A stretch of 64,000 nt of DNA, taken from Candidatus Kapaibacterium sp. (lineage in GTDB: Bacteria; Bacteroidota; Ignavibacteria; Kapaibacteriales; UBA2268). A program made the translations under genes and the position numbers. Positions within the stretch are counted from its first letter, which is position 1. Every line of letters starts with the position of its first letter. Location: the NCBI GenBank assembly GCA_963665665.1, contig OY762428.1, positions 4,224,001 through 4,288,000 on the forward strand, read 5' to 3'. Of this stretch, positions 38,836 to 50,037 are shown piece by piece. The notes beneath the pieces are model-generated. The model was not told the origin of the DNA and ran no database searches. It saw only the letters and a program-made list of their open reading frames with translations.

Positions 38836-39735
38836 ATGAAAAAAATATTATACTTACTGCTATGCATATTTCTCTTTCAGCAGTCGAATTTATTTACTCA
38901 GGATTACAATCTGACAACGGATAAACTCTTGTTGAAATTAAATTTTTCAAGATCTCAGGCATCTACAATTTATGATAATGATGCTAATCAGCAAACATAT
39001 TTCCTTGGATATGTTGAAACTCTGGAAGACGATTATGACTACACCTGTACTCTAACCAACTATGAATTTGTACTTAACGCAGAGTATAAATTTGATTCTT
39101 CATTCGGCGTAGCAGCGGAGTTTCCTTTCAGAACAGCTGACCTTAGAGAAAAGTACTGGATGTACGATGAGGGTGTTGAAACCAGTATCGGTAGTTTAAA
39201 CTTTGATAACCAGTGGTTCAATGTTAATTTAAAAGCATATTATACTTTTTTCAGAAAAAAAACATTCGGAGCGTTTTCTCTTGAAGCCAGAATCCCGACA
39301 AGCTACAATAGTGTTGAGGAAAATATCGCAGATAGTGTATTTCTTGGCGACGGATGTGTTGAATTTGTTCCGGGATTTGATTTCGGAATAGATTTTGAAA
39401 AAACCAGACTTCTGACGAATATCAAATACAGATATAGAACAGAGGATTATTCTGATATGCTTTCCATTAGGATGAACCTTGGACTAACAACTATAAAACC
39501 GGTTGTTATGAACATTTTTGCAGAATATGGTTATAGTTTTGAATCTTTTAAAAATGTTCCTGAATTTGTACCCCGTCACGAAGTATTATATGAGAATTAC
39601 CTTAGCGTCGGTGGGGAAGTGATTATTAATGTATCTGATAAATACAGGGCTGAATTTGGTTACCTCGTTGATTTCTGGGGTAAACATCATTGGAAGACAG
39701 GTAAATTCTATCTTGGAGCTGGTATTTTGTTGTAA
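38836..39735 (+). CDS. Outer-membrane beta-barrel protein (possible transporter)
   Basis: Signal peptide; ARIPTSY...FLGDG motif; C-terminal FYLGAGILL. Confidence 0.65.
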   Translation: MKKILYLLLCIFLFQQSNLFTQDYNLTTDKLLLKLNFSRSQASTIYDNDANQQTYFLGYVETLEDDYDYTCTLTNYEFVLNAEYKFDSSFGVAAEFPFRTADLREKYWMYDEGVETSIGSLNFDNQWFNVNLKAYYTFFRKKTFGAFSLEARIPTSYNSVEENIADSVFLGDGCVEFVPGFDFGIDFEKTRLLTNIKYRYRTEDYSDMLSIRMNLGLTTIKPVVMNIFAEYGYSFESFKNVPEFVPRHEVLYENYLSVGGEVIINVSDKYRAEFGYLVDFWGKHHWKTGKFYLGAGILL

Positions 39736-39823
39736 GATATTTTGATTATAATTGTCTGAATTGTATTAATTTAACCAGATTATTCAGTCGAAATATATTG
39801 AAATATATTTTCCTTAAATTCAA

Positions 39824-40432
39824 TTAATAAGTTAAATAATAACTAATACCGATTTGAGGAGAAATGATATAATCCTGTTTTTCTGCTATGCTATAAAACT
39901 TAATCAGGCCCAAAGCATATAGATTGCTGATAAGCCGGTATTTGTAGGAGCAAGCCATTGAAAATCCCATATCCCATTCCCAACTGGACTGAGAAAGGCC
40001 GTATTTATCAGACTCAATATCTGCAACAACATAATAAGCGCCGATACCGGCAGATATTTCAAAATTCCATCTTGTCATGCCAAGAACAAGCAATACGGGA
40101 ATTGCTCTTAATGTAGCTTTTGTATTAACCAGGCCATATTCTGTTTCCAGTTTGGCCCTGTTGTATGATGAAACTTTTATCAGTCCAGTTTCAATACCAA
40201 TATTCAGCAAGTGTTCCGGCTGCCACACAGTCCTGAAACTAATAGGAAAGCCATTGGGTGAATAACTTGCACTATCTGAAAGATCAGAATATATTTTTCT
40301 TGACCAACCGCCAGTAATTTCGAACACAAAGCCACGGTCCGGAGAATCAACATTATCTTCAGCATTAAGTGATATTGCTGCTGAAATAATAACTATCAAT
40401 ATCGCTATTGCTTTATTTAGTATAATATTCAT
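39824..40432 (-). CDS. Small outer-membrane beta-barrel protein
   Basis: Signal peptide; about 8 amphipathic strands; ends IGISYYLTY. Confidence 0.6.
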   Translation of the reverse strand: MNIILNKAIAILIVIISAAISLNAEDNVDSPDRGFVFEITGGWSRKIYSDLSDSASYSPNGFPISFRTVWQPEHLLNIGIETGLIKVSSYNRAKLETEYGLVNTKATLRAIPVLLVLGMTRWNFEISAGIGAYYVVADIESDKYGLSQSSWEWDMGFSMACSYKYRLISNLYALGLIKFYSIAEKQDYIISPQIGISYYLTY

Positions 40433-41639
40433 AAGCTGCCATTGCGGGAAAATTAGTTACCATACCGTCGAAATTGCTTTCACGAATGAATTCTCTCATA
40501 ATATTAACATCGTCAACTGTCCATACAACAGCCTTTTTGTCCTGAGAATGTATATGGTTAATTTTTTCAACCTGTAATCCCAGGGTCCATCTCGGAGCCC
40601 ATACTGCCGCGTTTACATCAGCGGCATCATCCGTACTCAATTCACATATACTTGGGTAAGCTCTGAAATTTTCATTTTCCCTGAAAGCTGCAAGAATATC
40701 ATCGGTTGGAATACCGGGATAAAAAAGTACGGAGCGGCCAAGAAATTCAGACTTTTCTTTATATTTGTCAATAAGTGGAAAAATATGATCCAATGCTGAT
40801 ACTGATTTAATATCAAGCCACACAAGTGAAATGTTTGTTTCGCTGACAATAGTTTCCAAAGCCTCTTCGAGTGTTGGCATTTGCTCACCATTTTTTAAAG
40901 TACAGAAGTTTCTTAGTTGATAAAGGTAGTAGTTTTTTACAGGCCCAACCATATATTCTCCGTTTATCAGCCTTGTATTCAGGTTTTTATCATGGTAAAG
41001 CACCGGTACATTGTCTTTAGTCATTTGTACATCAATTTCAACAGCATTTGCGCCCAGGCTTTCTGCCATTCTAATCAGTTCAAGGCTGTTTTCCGAATGT
41101 GGCAAAAGGTCGGCGTTTCTGCCGCCTCCTCTGTGAGCAATTATCCAATAATCATTATTTTCTTTTAGTTTAACAGAATACTCCAGGGAAATTTCTTTTT
41201 TTGTTGATATCGCTTCGTCTGCATAATAACCTTCAATCTTGATGTTCGAATTTACATTTCCGGATAGAATGTCTCCGGCTTCTCCTGATGAATCAATTTC
41301 CAGATGAATAAGCCCGGTTTCATCACTTTCAGCAAAACGCCAATAGCCTTCCAAAATTATCCTGCCCTCTGAATGGCCACCTTCAAGAATCATGTAGGCG
41401 GAATTTTTTCCGCAAAATACTGAGAGCCTGTCAGCATTCCATTTTAACACCAGGCTGTCACCGAATTTCCTGTTATTAATATTAACTGTGTAAATGCCGT
41501 TGATAACTCCTTTTTGCAGATTTGTAAGTTCGCTGGTATATTCTTTTACTTTAGTATCAAATACCGGTATATTCAGGCTTGTATCCTGTTCGCAGGCTAT
41601 TAGGATCATCAGGATAATAATATATTGAATAGTTTTCAT
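40413..41639 (-). CDS. Lipoprotein glycerophosphodiester phosphodiesterase with extra N-terminal domain
   Basis: Lipobox LIAC; IAHRGG, ENSL, EIDVQMTKD..VLYHD, VWTVD and DGMVTNFP motifs. Confidence 0.9.
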   Translation of the reverse strand: MKTIQYIIILMILIACEQDTSLNIPVFDTKVKEYTSELTNLQKGVINGIYTVNINNRKFGDSLVLKWNADRLSVFCGKNSAYMILEGGHSEGRIILEGYWRFAESDETGLIHLEIDSSGEAGDILSGNVNSNIKIEGYYADEAISTKKEISLEYSVKLKENNDYWIIAHRGGGRNADLLPHSENSLELIRMAESLGANAVEIDVQMTKDNVPVLYHDKNLNTRLINGEYMVGPVKNYYLYQLRNFCTLKNGEQMPTLEEALETIVSETNISLVWLDIKSVSALDHIFPLIDKYKEKSEFLGRSVLFYPGIPTDDILAAFRENENFRAYPSICELSTDDAADVNAAVWAPRWTLGLQVEKINHIHSQDKKAVVWTVDDVNIMREFIRESNFDGMVTNFPAMAAYEYYTK

Positions 41640-42358
41640 AACAGAAATCCAACTGAAAATTCAGGATAAAGCATCAGTTTATCGAAAGTTGTAAAAGTAA
41701 GCCAGGACTGATACAGAGAGCGGGCAAAGTTTAGCTTACCCGATATCAGGAAATCGTTATTACCCCAGAATGGCTGTTCGATAGCCAGCGCAATCGCAAA
41801 GCCGCTGAACTCGTTCTTTTGGTTATTGATAGTTGTTCCGCCGAAAATTGTTTCTCGTGATGTAATGATTATCAATTCAGAGCTCAGTGTAAGAAACAGA
41901 TCATCAAATTTAATACCGGCGGCAAATTTTGGATAAAGTATCCATCCGAAAGCTTCGGTATCAAATCCGTCAAGCCGGGCAAACCCATACCAATATGCGA
42001 TATCAGTGCCAAGGCTGAAAGATGTATTTCTGTATGAATAATTGAATGCTATTCCAGCTCTGGCCTGATTGGCAATATATACAGAACTTATCTCTATATT
42101 GGCAGAAAAGTTACAGGGAAGCCATAAACGCGACCTGATATCAATAACCGGAACCTGGCGTATTTCGTCATCAACAATAGCACGGGGTAATATCGTCATT
42201 GATACGCCAACAAATAAATCGTTATCAGGGAATTGAGATATTCCCGGAAAGATAATATTATCAATATCCTTGTCCGATGCGAAAGCCGGTGAAGATATCA
42301 ACCGGATTGCAATAAGGAAAAAAATTACTTTAGAAATATTACCAACTATTTTCTTCAT
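41636..42358 (-). CDS. Outer-membrane beta-barrel protein
   Basis: Signal peptide; beta-strand pattern; C-terminal FSVGFLL; 4-nt overlap with the GDPD start. Confidence 0.6.
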   Translation of the reverse strand: MKKIVGNISKVIFFLIAIRLISSPAFASDKDIDNIIFPGISQFPDNDLFVGVSMTILPRAIVDDEIRQVPVIDIRSRLWLPCNFSANIEISSVYIANQARAGIAFNYSYRNTSFSLGTDIAYWYGFARLDGFDTEAFGWILYPKFAAGIKFDDLFLTLSSELIIITSRETIFGGTTINNQKNEFSGFAIALAIEQPFWGNNDFLISGKLNFARSLYQSWLTFTTFDKLMLYPEFSVGFLL

Positions 42359-42426
42359 TAAGATTTCTATTAATGAATATAACTCCCGGTTAATATAGTT
42401 ATTATACTTTAAATAAGCAAACTGAT

Positions 42427-42452
42427 AAAAAAAGCCCGCCGAATAGGCGGGC
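42427..42452 (-). terminator. Intrinsic terminator
   Basis: gcccgcc-gaata-ggcgggc with a T run on the minus strand. Confidence 0.8.
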
Positions 42453-42480
42453 CATTATAATTTTATATTTTTATGATGAT

Positions 42481-45400
42481 TTAATCAACTTTAACAACTT
42501 TGAAGTTCCAGTTTTCAATTCCATTGCTGATATTTATAAAATATGTTCCTGATGCATTAGCGTTTAGATTAATTGTTTCGTTAAAATCAGAACTTGATAT
42601 CTGTTTTGAGAGAATGCTGATTCCTCTTAAATCACTAATGTTTATTGTAAGAACTGAATTTTCCCAACCTCGCCCTGTAAGGATAAATTCCGCATCGCTA
42701 ACAAATTTGTTAATTCTTATATTAGCGTTTTCGAAGTTGATTTCCTCCACACTGCTGATAACGTTGAAAGGATCTGACATTGTGGAACATCCGGCTTCGT
42801 TGAAAATATCAACAGAGTAATTACCCGTTTCGTCAATTTCAAGGCGTTTTTCATCTTCGCCACTCATTTTTTCTCCGTCTTTATACCACTGATAGTCAGG
42901 TGCTAACTGGTCGCAAGTTAATTCAGTACCGCTAAGCCTTGTTATTGTAGGTTTATCCGGGTTCTGTTCAACTTTTACTGTCAGTGTGTCGGATTTGAAT
43001 TCACATCCCTCGGCAGACCATGCTCTGAACCAGTAATCACCAAGTTCTGTAACTGTGATTCTTCTATCGGCATCACCAGTGGACCATTCGTATGTTTCGA
43101 AACCAATGGGTGCTGAAAGATCGAATTCAATATCTGTATATCCTTCGCAAACAGGATAATCGCCAAGTGTTTTGATCTGAGTGTCCCTGTCGGGTAAAAT
43201 TGTTACTCTGATCCCTTCAGAACTTGCTTTACATCCCTGGCCGTCATCAATTGTCAGGGAGTATAAACCGCCTTCTTTAACAATGATTCTCTTTGTTGTT
43301 TCGCCGTTGGACCATTCATAGGACGGGAAATCTGCTGCAGATTCAAGAAAAACACTGTCGCCCGGACAAACTGTCGGATTACCAATTATATTTACTACCG
43401 GAGTAGGCAGGTTGCATGTATTCAGGTCAGTTACCCAGGTTCCGCGGCCATAAGTGCCGGCGTAGAGTTTGCTGTCTTTTTCCATAATTGCAAGATCAGG
43501 AATCATAAGGTTCGGCAGTCCGTTGCCAAATAATTCCCAACTTCCGGAATTATAATCAGACATGAAAACGCCAATATCTGTTCCAATATATATCCTGTCA
43601 GGAGAATTTTTCTGATAGATAATGCTGTAAACAGCAATGTTCGGAAGATTACCTGTCAGGTTTGTCCAGTCATTTCCATCGTAATAATAAACTTTTGAAG
43701 ATTGGTTATATCCGCCGTTAGTAACCCAAAGTCTGTTAGGGTTGTTCGGGTCAACAGTAATTCCGGTAATATAATTCGTAAGGCTGCCCATATCCTCCCA
43801 GCTGTTTCCTCCGTCGGTTGTTCTGATCAATGCGCCGCCAGACGATCCATAGACATAATCAGGATTGGAAGGAGCTATTGCAACTTCAAGGAACTGCCTG
43901 TTTGTATACTCAGTCATTTTAGTCCAGTTGTTACCATAATTTGTGGATTTCCACATATTCTGAAATCCGGCCCATAAAATATTCGGAGAGGAGGGTGCTA
44001 TCATGTAGGGTGTAACCCATGCTCCGCTTTCTCCGGTTTTATCATCATTAATCATCGGACTGAAGGATTTTCCTCCGTTTGATGATTTACTAATCCCGCC
44101 ATAGTAAATTGAGGCATACATGTTATTATCGTTTAAGGGATCGATCAGGCATTTCATACCGTCACTGGCCATTACCTTGTTCCAATCTCCGTTTTTGAGC
44201 AGGCTTGTTCCATTGTCCTGGGCTCCGCCGATCACCATCTGTGAAGTTTGCTGAGAAACAGAAATATGATAGAGCTGTGTAATATCCATATTATCGGAAC
44301 CTTCAATCCAGGTACGGCCGGAATTAACACTATAATCAATACCACCGTCGTGAGCAGCATAAATTGTTCCGGTTTCAGGGTCCATCACTATGTCGTGCTG
44401 GTCTGCATGAACGTATTCTTTGTCGTAACCGCCATACCAGTGTGTTTTAAGTTCCCAGTTATTACCACCATTTTGTGTGTACCATATATTGATTCCGCCT
44501 ACCCAGATTTCTCTGTCACTCCATGGGGCTACAGCAAATGCAAGATCGTATTCTCCCTGTCCGCGGAATCACCACCATTATTGTAACCAAGAATATTGGG
44601 TGTATCCTGGTAAGTACCGATTGCATCCCAATTTTCACCTGTGTCTTCAGACTTCCAGATAGAATGGAAGTTCCTGCTCCTTGATGCTGCCAGTGCAAAA
44701 ATAGCATCAGGGTTCGAAAGAGTAGTTGAAAGAGCTATTCGGGCAGTAGAACCAATTGTATGAACTGTTTCCCAGTTTTCACCGCCGTCATAAGTTGCGT
44801 AAATCGCATTTGTTCCCCAGGTGCGTGTTGATGCATAAAGGATATCGGGGTTTTCAGGATGCATTTCCATATCGGAAAGGCTGCTTTTGTTTAAAACCTG
44901 TTCCCATGTGTCTCCGCCGTCAATAGTTTTATAAACACCATTCCAGCCGGAAACAAAGATTGTATTATCATCATCGGGGTGGATAATTACTTTCGATAAA
45001 ACCTTATTCTCATTTAGATAATAGCTAAGGCCGGTTATTTTCCAAGTGTTTCCGCCGTCTGTTGATTTAATAAGCCCTATGCTGTTAGGGGCCATACCGG
45101 ATTGAGACCCGTCCGCGTCACCGGTTGCAACAAAAACAAGGTTTTCATTGTTTGCCGAGATTGCTATATCGGAAACCCCAAGAGACAGAAATGAAGTAAA
45201 AGGTAGGTTTCTCCATGTATCGCACTGATCGTCTGAAACCCATACTCCGCCGCCGGCTGTTCCGGCCCATATTTGTTGCGGATTAGCAGGGTTTATCCTA
45301 ACGATATTCACTCTGCCAAGGCCTGAGGATTTGTATCCGCCCATTGGCGGGTCGGAAAATGGGCCGATATTGGTCCAGTCATAGGCAAGCATACTTTCAT

Positions 45401-45731
45401 TGAAATTCTGCTTGTCCATGTAATTTTTTATTCCGCGATAGATATTGATCATATCAGGATAATCTCCGTTTGGCTCTACTCTCTGCTGCCAAAGCCACTC
45501 CCACCTTTTGAATTGTTTCCAGCCACTTTTTTTATCGGCAGGCAGCTGGTCAAAAAATTTATTATATGAATCTACAGTTTCGTAGAAATTAGCATTCTTC
45601 GGTATCTGAGGTATAACAACATCGTTTTGTGCCGATGCCGGGTAAGTTAAACTGATGGTAATTATCAGAACCGCTAAAGTCAAATTGATCAAATGGATTG
45701 ATCCCGCGCGCAAATAGTTCAATTTTTCCAT
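42481..45731 (-). pseudogene. Secreted BNR/Asp-box (VPS10/GH74-like) beta-propeller protein with Ig domains and T9SS-like CTD, split by a 1-nt frameshift near 44564
   Basis: ORFs 44529..45731 and 42481..44388 join (...GGDS/GQGEYDLAFAV...HADQH...) if one base is added; many S/T-x-D-G-G-x-T-W Asp boxes; KQFKRWEW N-terminus. May be an assembly error. Confidence 0.8.
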
Positions 45732-46011
45732 GATTCCATAAAATATGTTAAAAATACATCCTTCTCAAAAAAACGGCGATATAAGAATTTTCGCTATTAA
45801 GTCCTTAGACGAAATACACTTTCTTTTCTTATTTGTTAAAGACAATTTAAAGTATTAAAAAGTTACTGATTTTTTCAAAATATTCCCCTTATTCAGTGTT
45901 TTTAATTTTCGGATTATTTCATTTCAATAAGGCATGCAATTTTTCGTCAAAATGTATTATTTTTGGAGAATCATAAACAAATTATTTGGATAATGCTAAG
46001 GAGAGATTATA

Positions 46012-47862
46012 ATGAGTGAACAAAACGTTAAGACTTTTGAGTACAAGGCAGAGATGAAACAATTGCTGCACCTGATAGTGCACTCGCTTTACAAAAACCC
46101 GGAAGTTTTTCTCAGGGAACTTGTTTCAAATGCCTCGGATGCACTTAACAAAGTACGTTTTCTCAGGTTAACTAATTCTGACATTGTCGATTCGGACGCA
46201 GAACTGAAAATCAAAATTGAAATCGATAAAGAAAAGGGCACATTTTCAATTGAAGATACCGGTATTGGCATGACCGAAGATGAGCTTGTCAATCAGATAG
46301 GTACAATAGCCAGTTCAGGAACACTTGAATTTATTCAGAAGATGAATGAAGCAAAGCAATCAATAGACGGCTCTATGATCGGCCAGTTTGGTGTCGGGTT
46401 TTATTCAGTGTTCATGGTAACTGATGAAGTTACTGTGGAAACAAGGCATGCCGAAGCCGGATCCACAGCGTTAAAGTGGACTTCAAAAGGGGAAAATTCA
46501 TTTTCAATTGAAGAATCCGACCGTACAGCACGTGGTACAAAAATTTCTTTCACTCTTAATGACGAACACAAACAGTTTGCTGAAGATTACAATGTTAAAT
46601 CAATTTTAACAAAGTATTCTAATTTCGTTGATTTTCCGCTGTTCATTGGCGATGATAAAGTAAATACTGTTCAGGCGCTCTGGCACAAAAAGAAAGACGA
46701 CCTGAAAAAAGAAGAAGTAGATGAATTCTATAAATTTATTTCAAATGATTTCCAGGAACCGCTGGACTACCTGCACCTGGCTATTGAAGGTAATATTAAC
46801 TTCAAAGCCCTTCTTTTTATTCCTCAGGTTGCCCCGCCCAACCTGTTCATGGATACACGTGAGAAAACTCTCCAGTTGTATTCCAGCAAAGTTTTTATCC
46901 AGGATGATGCGCCCGAGCTTCTGCCTGATTACCTGCGTTTTGTGAAAGGTGTTGTTGATACCGAGGACCTTCCGCTGAATGTTTCCAGGGAAGTTACCCA
47001 GTCCAGCCCGGTTATGACAAAGATCAAGAATGTAATTACAGGGAAACTCCTTACTATGTTCGAAGATTGGGCAAAGGATGATAAAGATAAATTCATGAAG
47101 TTCTACAACAATTTTGGCGCGATGTTCAAAACAGGCCTGAATTCTGACTTTACCAATAAAGAAAGGCTTACCGAGCTGCTTCGCTTTGAAACAACTAAAA
47201 CAGAAAAGGGTGATATGATTTCGCTCAGCGCTTATGTTTCCAACATGAAGTCCGGACAGGAAGAAATTTATTATCTTTCAGGCGACAGCCGTGAATCTAT
47301 TGAACGCAATCCTAACCTGGAATATTTCCGCAAAAATGATATTGAAGTTCTTCTATTATCAGATCCGGTGGATGTTTTTACAATTCCATACTTGTTTGAG
47401 TACGATAAAAAACAGTTCAAATCCATAGATAAAGCTGATATCAAACTTGATGATGACAAGGATGAAACAGATAAACTTGGCGAAGATACAAAGAAATCTC
47501 TGATTGAAGTATTCAAGGAAACTCTCGGGGATAAAGTAGAAGATGTTGTTGAATCTAAACGCCTTGTTGAATCGCCCGTTACTCTTGTTGTCGGCAAGGA
47601 AGGAATGGATCCTCAGCTTGAAAAAATGATGAGAATGATGGATCAGAAACATGCCGGATCGAAACGTATCTTAGAGATAAATACCGGCCATAAACTGATC
47701 AGAAACCTGTCCAGAATTCATATTGCTGACAGTAGCGACCCGGTTCTGAGGAAAACAATTCTTCAGCTTTTCGAGGGTGCTATGCTTATGGAAGGTCACC
47801 TTCATTCACCTAACGAATTTGTGGCAAGAATGAATGAATTGCTTGAGAAAGCAACTGATTAA
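46012..47862 (+). CDS. htpG: Molecular chaperone HtpG (Hsp90)
   Basis: SLYKNPEVFLRELVSNASDA, DTGIGM, IGQFGVGFYS, DLPLNVSRE and LEINTGH motifs. Confidence 0.97.
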   Translation: MSEQNVKTFEYKAEMKQLLHLIVHSLYKNPEVFLRELVSNASDALNKVRFLRLTNSDIVDSDAELKIKIEIDKEKGTFSIEDTGIGMTEDELVNQIGTIASSGTLEFIQKMNEAKQSIDGSMIGQFGVGFYSVFMVTDEVTVETRHAEAGSTALKWTSKGENSFSIEESDRTARGTKISFTLNDEHKQFAEDYNVKSILTKYSNFVDFPLFIGDDKVNTVQALWHKKKDDLKKEEVDEFYKFISNDFQEPLDYLHLAIEGNINFKALLFIPQVAPPNLFMDTREKTLQLYSSKVFIQDDAPELLPDYLRFVKGVVDTEDLPLNVSREVTQSSPVMTKIKNVITGKLLTMFEDWAKDDKDKFMKFYNNFGAMFKTGLNSDFTNKERLTELLRFETTKTEKGDMISLSAYVSNMKSGQEEIYYLSGDSRESIERNPNLEYFRKNDIEVLLLSDPVDVFTIPYLFEYDKKQFKSIDKADIKLDDDKDETDKLGEDTKKSLIEVFKETLGDKVEDVVESKRLVESPVTLVVGKEGMDPQLEKMMRMMDQKHAGSKRILEINTGHKLIRNLSRIHIADSSDPVLRKTILQLFEGAMLMEGHLHSPNEFVARMNELLEKATD

Positions 47863-47886
47863 TCAATGTACTTATATCTTTATTTT

Positions 47887-47917
47887 ATACATCCGATGAC
47901 TTAAAGTCATCGGATGT
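47887..47917. repeat. REP-like palindrome, copy 1
   Basis: atacatccgatgac-ttaaa-gtcatcggatgt; 12-bp perfect stem about 25 nt after the htpG stop. Confidence 0.8.
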
Positions 47918-48388
47918 TTAGTTTTTGGGAAAGATAAGCTGTTAATCTTTTTGTTTCTGTTTAGCTTATTTCAGAACTCCTGAATCCATGAATTTTAAAG
48001 TCCCGGTTTATGAATGTCCAGTTCATTACCCGATACCTTGCCACCATCCGCAGCGTGAAATAAATGCAGTTATTAACCCGCCCAAGGGGCAGCAACTCGA
48101 AAATTCAGAAATGGGAGTGTTTTGTATTTTGCCAATTCTTGAATAAGTGCAGGATTGCCAATCATGAAAATATTTCCTTGATCAGATATGTTCATCTGAA
48201 ATGAGTAGTTTATAGAATCGACATATAAATTTTAGTCTTTGTTTTTCAGATTCGTTTATCTTTTCTGATTAAGCGTGCATTACTGTGGTAAGTACATATA
48301 AAAAAAAGCTATTGCAACATTTAGTACCATAATGTTTGCCGGTTTCTGTTTCTTATCACAGAAACAGCTTTGATTTATCTGAAATATC

Positions 48389-49552
48389 CTATCCCTTATT
48401 AAAGAAATCGCAGACCTTTTTAAAAACTGATTCCATTTCCTCCCTAACCTGGCCTTCCCGGTCGGTATCCTCAGGGAAAGGATTTTCGTGTTTGTACTCC
48501 CTGTCGAAATCAATTTCATCAACCCTGATATTAATATCTCTGTAGGCGCCTTTCTGCGTGTTGATCACTTCGTATGAAGGAATAACACTATCCTTGCCAA
48601 GCGTAATGGCGTAGATATGATCCTCGTTTTCCTTCAGCAGTTTTTCCCTGAAAGCACGTTCCTTCTGGTAATCAAGCATTGAATAGAACACCCTGCCCTC
48701 CTGGTGCCCTTCGTTAATATAGTGGTTCAGCATCCTGTCCTTTTCAAGCATCTTATCGAAATGCTCCACAAGGAAAGAATACAGGGCGACGTTTGCTTCG
48801 CTGTCGAGTATGAACTTCGACACGGGCGAAAGGCGGTTGAAAGCGGCGCCACTGCAAAACAGGCAGACCCTGGTGTCGGTAAAATAGTGTTCCGGATTGG
48901 TCAGTTTCAGAATTTGCGCCAGGAATCCGCCAATAGAATATGCAAATATGTTAAATGTGAAATCTGCTTCGATATGTGGGTGATTGCCGTGCTTGCAATC
49001 ACTTATAAATGCAGTTACATCGTAAAAGGTTTGCAAACCCGACCATATAAAACGCTGGGGCATGGAATGCAGCCTCATGCTTATAGCGACGTTCGATAGA
49101 GTGGAATTAACAATATTTGGGAAGCGTTCCTTTCGCCTGGTGCTCAGTTTGAACATTTCGCGTTTGCTGCTCCAGTATTTGGGTGCTCGCTGCATATGAA
49201 AAGCAATTGGGAATAAAACAACCGAGGCCCCGGTTCCAAGGCACATCAACTCGGCCCAGGGCATATATTTTTTCCAGTCTTTCTCGTTAAATCCGTGAAA
49301 AAGGAAGATTACCCTCCTGTTCTTTTCAATACCCCCGGGGCTTAATACCCTGTATTTAAAGAACCTGTTTTCTTCCACGGCAATATCTTTTACCTGGACA
49401 TTGTCCTTTATCGTTCCAACGTCGGTATAGAAATGCGAGCCGTCAGAAAATTCACGATCATGAGTTTCGCAATAATATTCAGCCGCTCCGGGGAGAATTT
49501 TATATGCCTTCGACTCAAAATCGTAATCATTTATTTCAATTTTGCTATTCAT
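48389..49552 (-). CDS. DUF6051-like alpha/beta-hydrolase-fold protein
   Basis: FLFHGFNEKDWKKY.PWA, LFPIAFHMQRAP, FAYSIGG nucleophile elbow and HENPFP. Confidence 0.75.
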   Translation of the reverse strand: MNSKIEINDYDFESKAYKILPGAAEYYCETHDREFSDGSHFYTDVGTIKDNVQVKDIAVEENRFFKYRVLSPGGIEKNRRVIFLFHGFNEKDWKKYMPWAELMCLGTGASVVLFPIAFHMQRAPKYWSSKREMFKLSTRRKERFPNIVNSTLSNVAISMRLHSMPQRFIWSGLQTFYDVTAFISDCKHGNHPHIEADFTFNIFAYSIGGFLAQILKLTNPEHYFTDTRVCLFCSGAAFNRLSPVSKFILDSEANVALYSFLVEHFDKMLEKDRMLNHYINEGHQEGRVFYSMLDYQKERAFREKLLKENEDHIYAITLGKDSVIPSYEVINTQKGAYRDINIRVDEIDFDREYKHENPFPEDTDREGQVREEMESVFKKVCDFFNKG

Positions 49553-50037
49553 TTCTCTTTGAAAATAAATTTAACATCATAAACCAATGGCTAAATTTGC
49601 AAAAAATTAATTCAATTTTCAAATTATATATTTTTGAAATAATCTAAGAATTTGAAGACAAATGGACATTCGCAAATTGTTATAATTATTTGAAAAAACA
49701 ATACTATTTCCCTAATGTGTCGAATCTTATAAAGAAGTTCTCATGTAAAAAAATTACTTCGGTATTTCAAAGCACAGCTTTAATGGGTGATGAAAAAGCA
49801 TGTATAACTTCGCTATGATGGGATGGATCCCTTAATGTTTATTTTTGCCATAATTACTTTTCATACTTATTGCCAATATATAAAAAATATTTTCAACCGG
49901 GCTTATACAAAGACTGTGGCTCACTTTATTGAAGAAATTTTATATAAAAGTCAGGTCAATTTTGTTCATAATCATTGGCTTTTGAAAAATTTAGCTTAAT
50001 TTTGAAAAAAATAATTCATCACTTTACTGGAATTAAA

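Noticed and set aside
44555-44575. Programmed ribosomal frameshift or phase-variable tract
   Set aside because: No slippery heptamer, long homopolymer or short tandem repeat at the junction.
45731-46012. CIRCE heat-shock operator upstream of htpG, and a minus-strand ECF promoter
   Set aside because: No TTAGCACTC-N9-GAGTGCTAA match; the AAC to CGTCT spacing (about 23 nt) is too long.
47940-48300. RAYT/IS200 transposase remnant next to the REP-like hairpin
   Set aside because: No HUH or other transposase motif was recognisable in the frames I translated.
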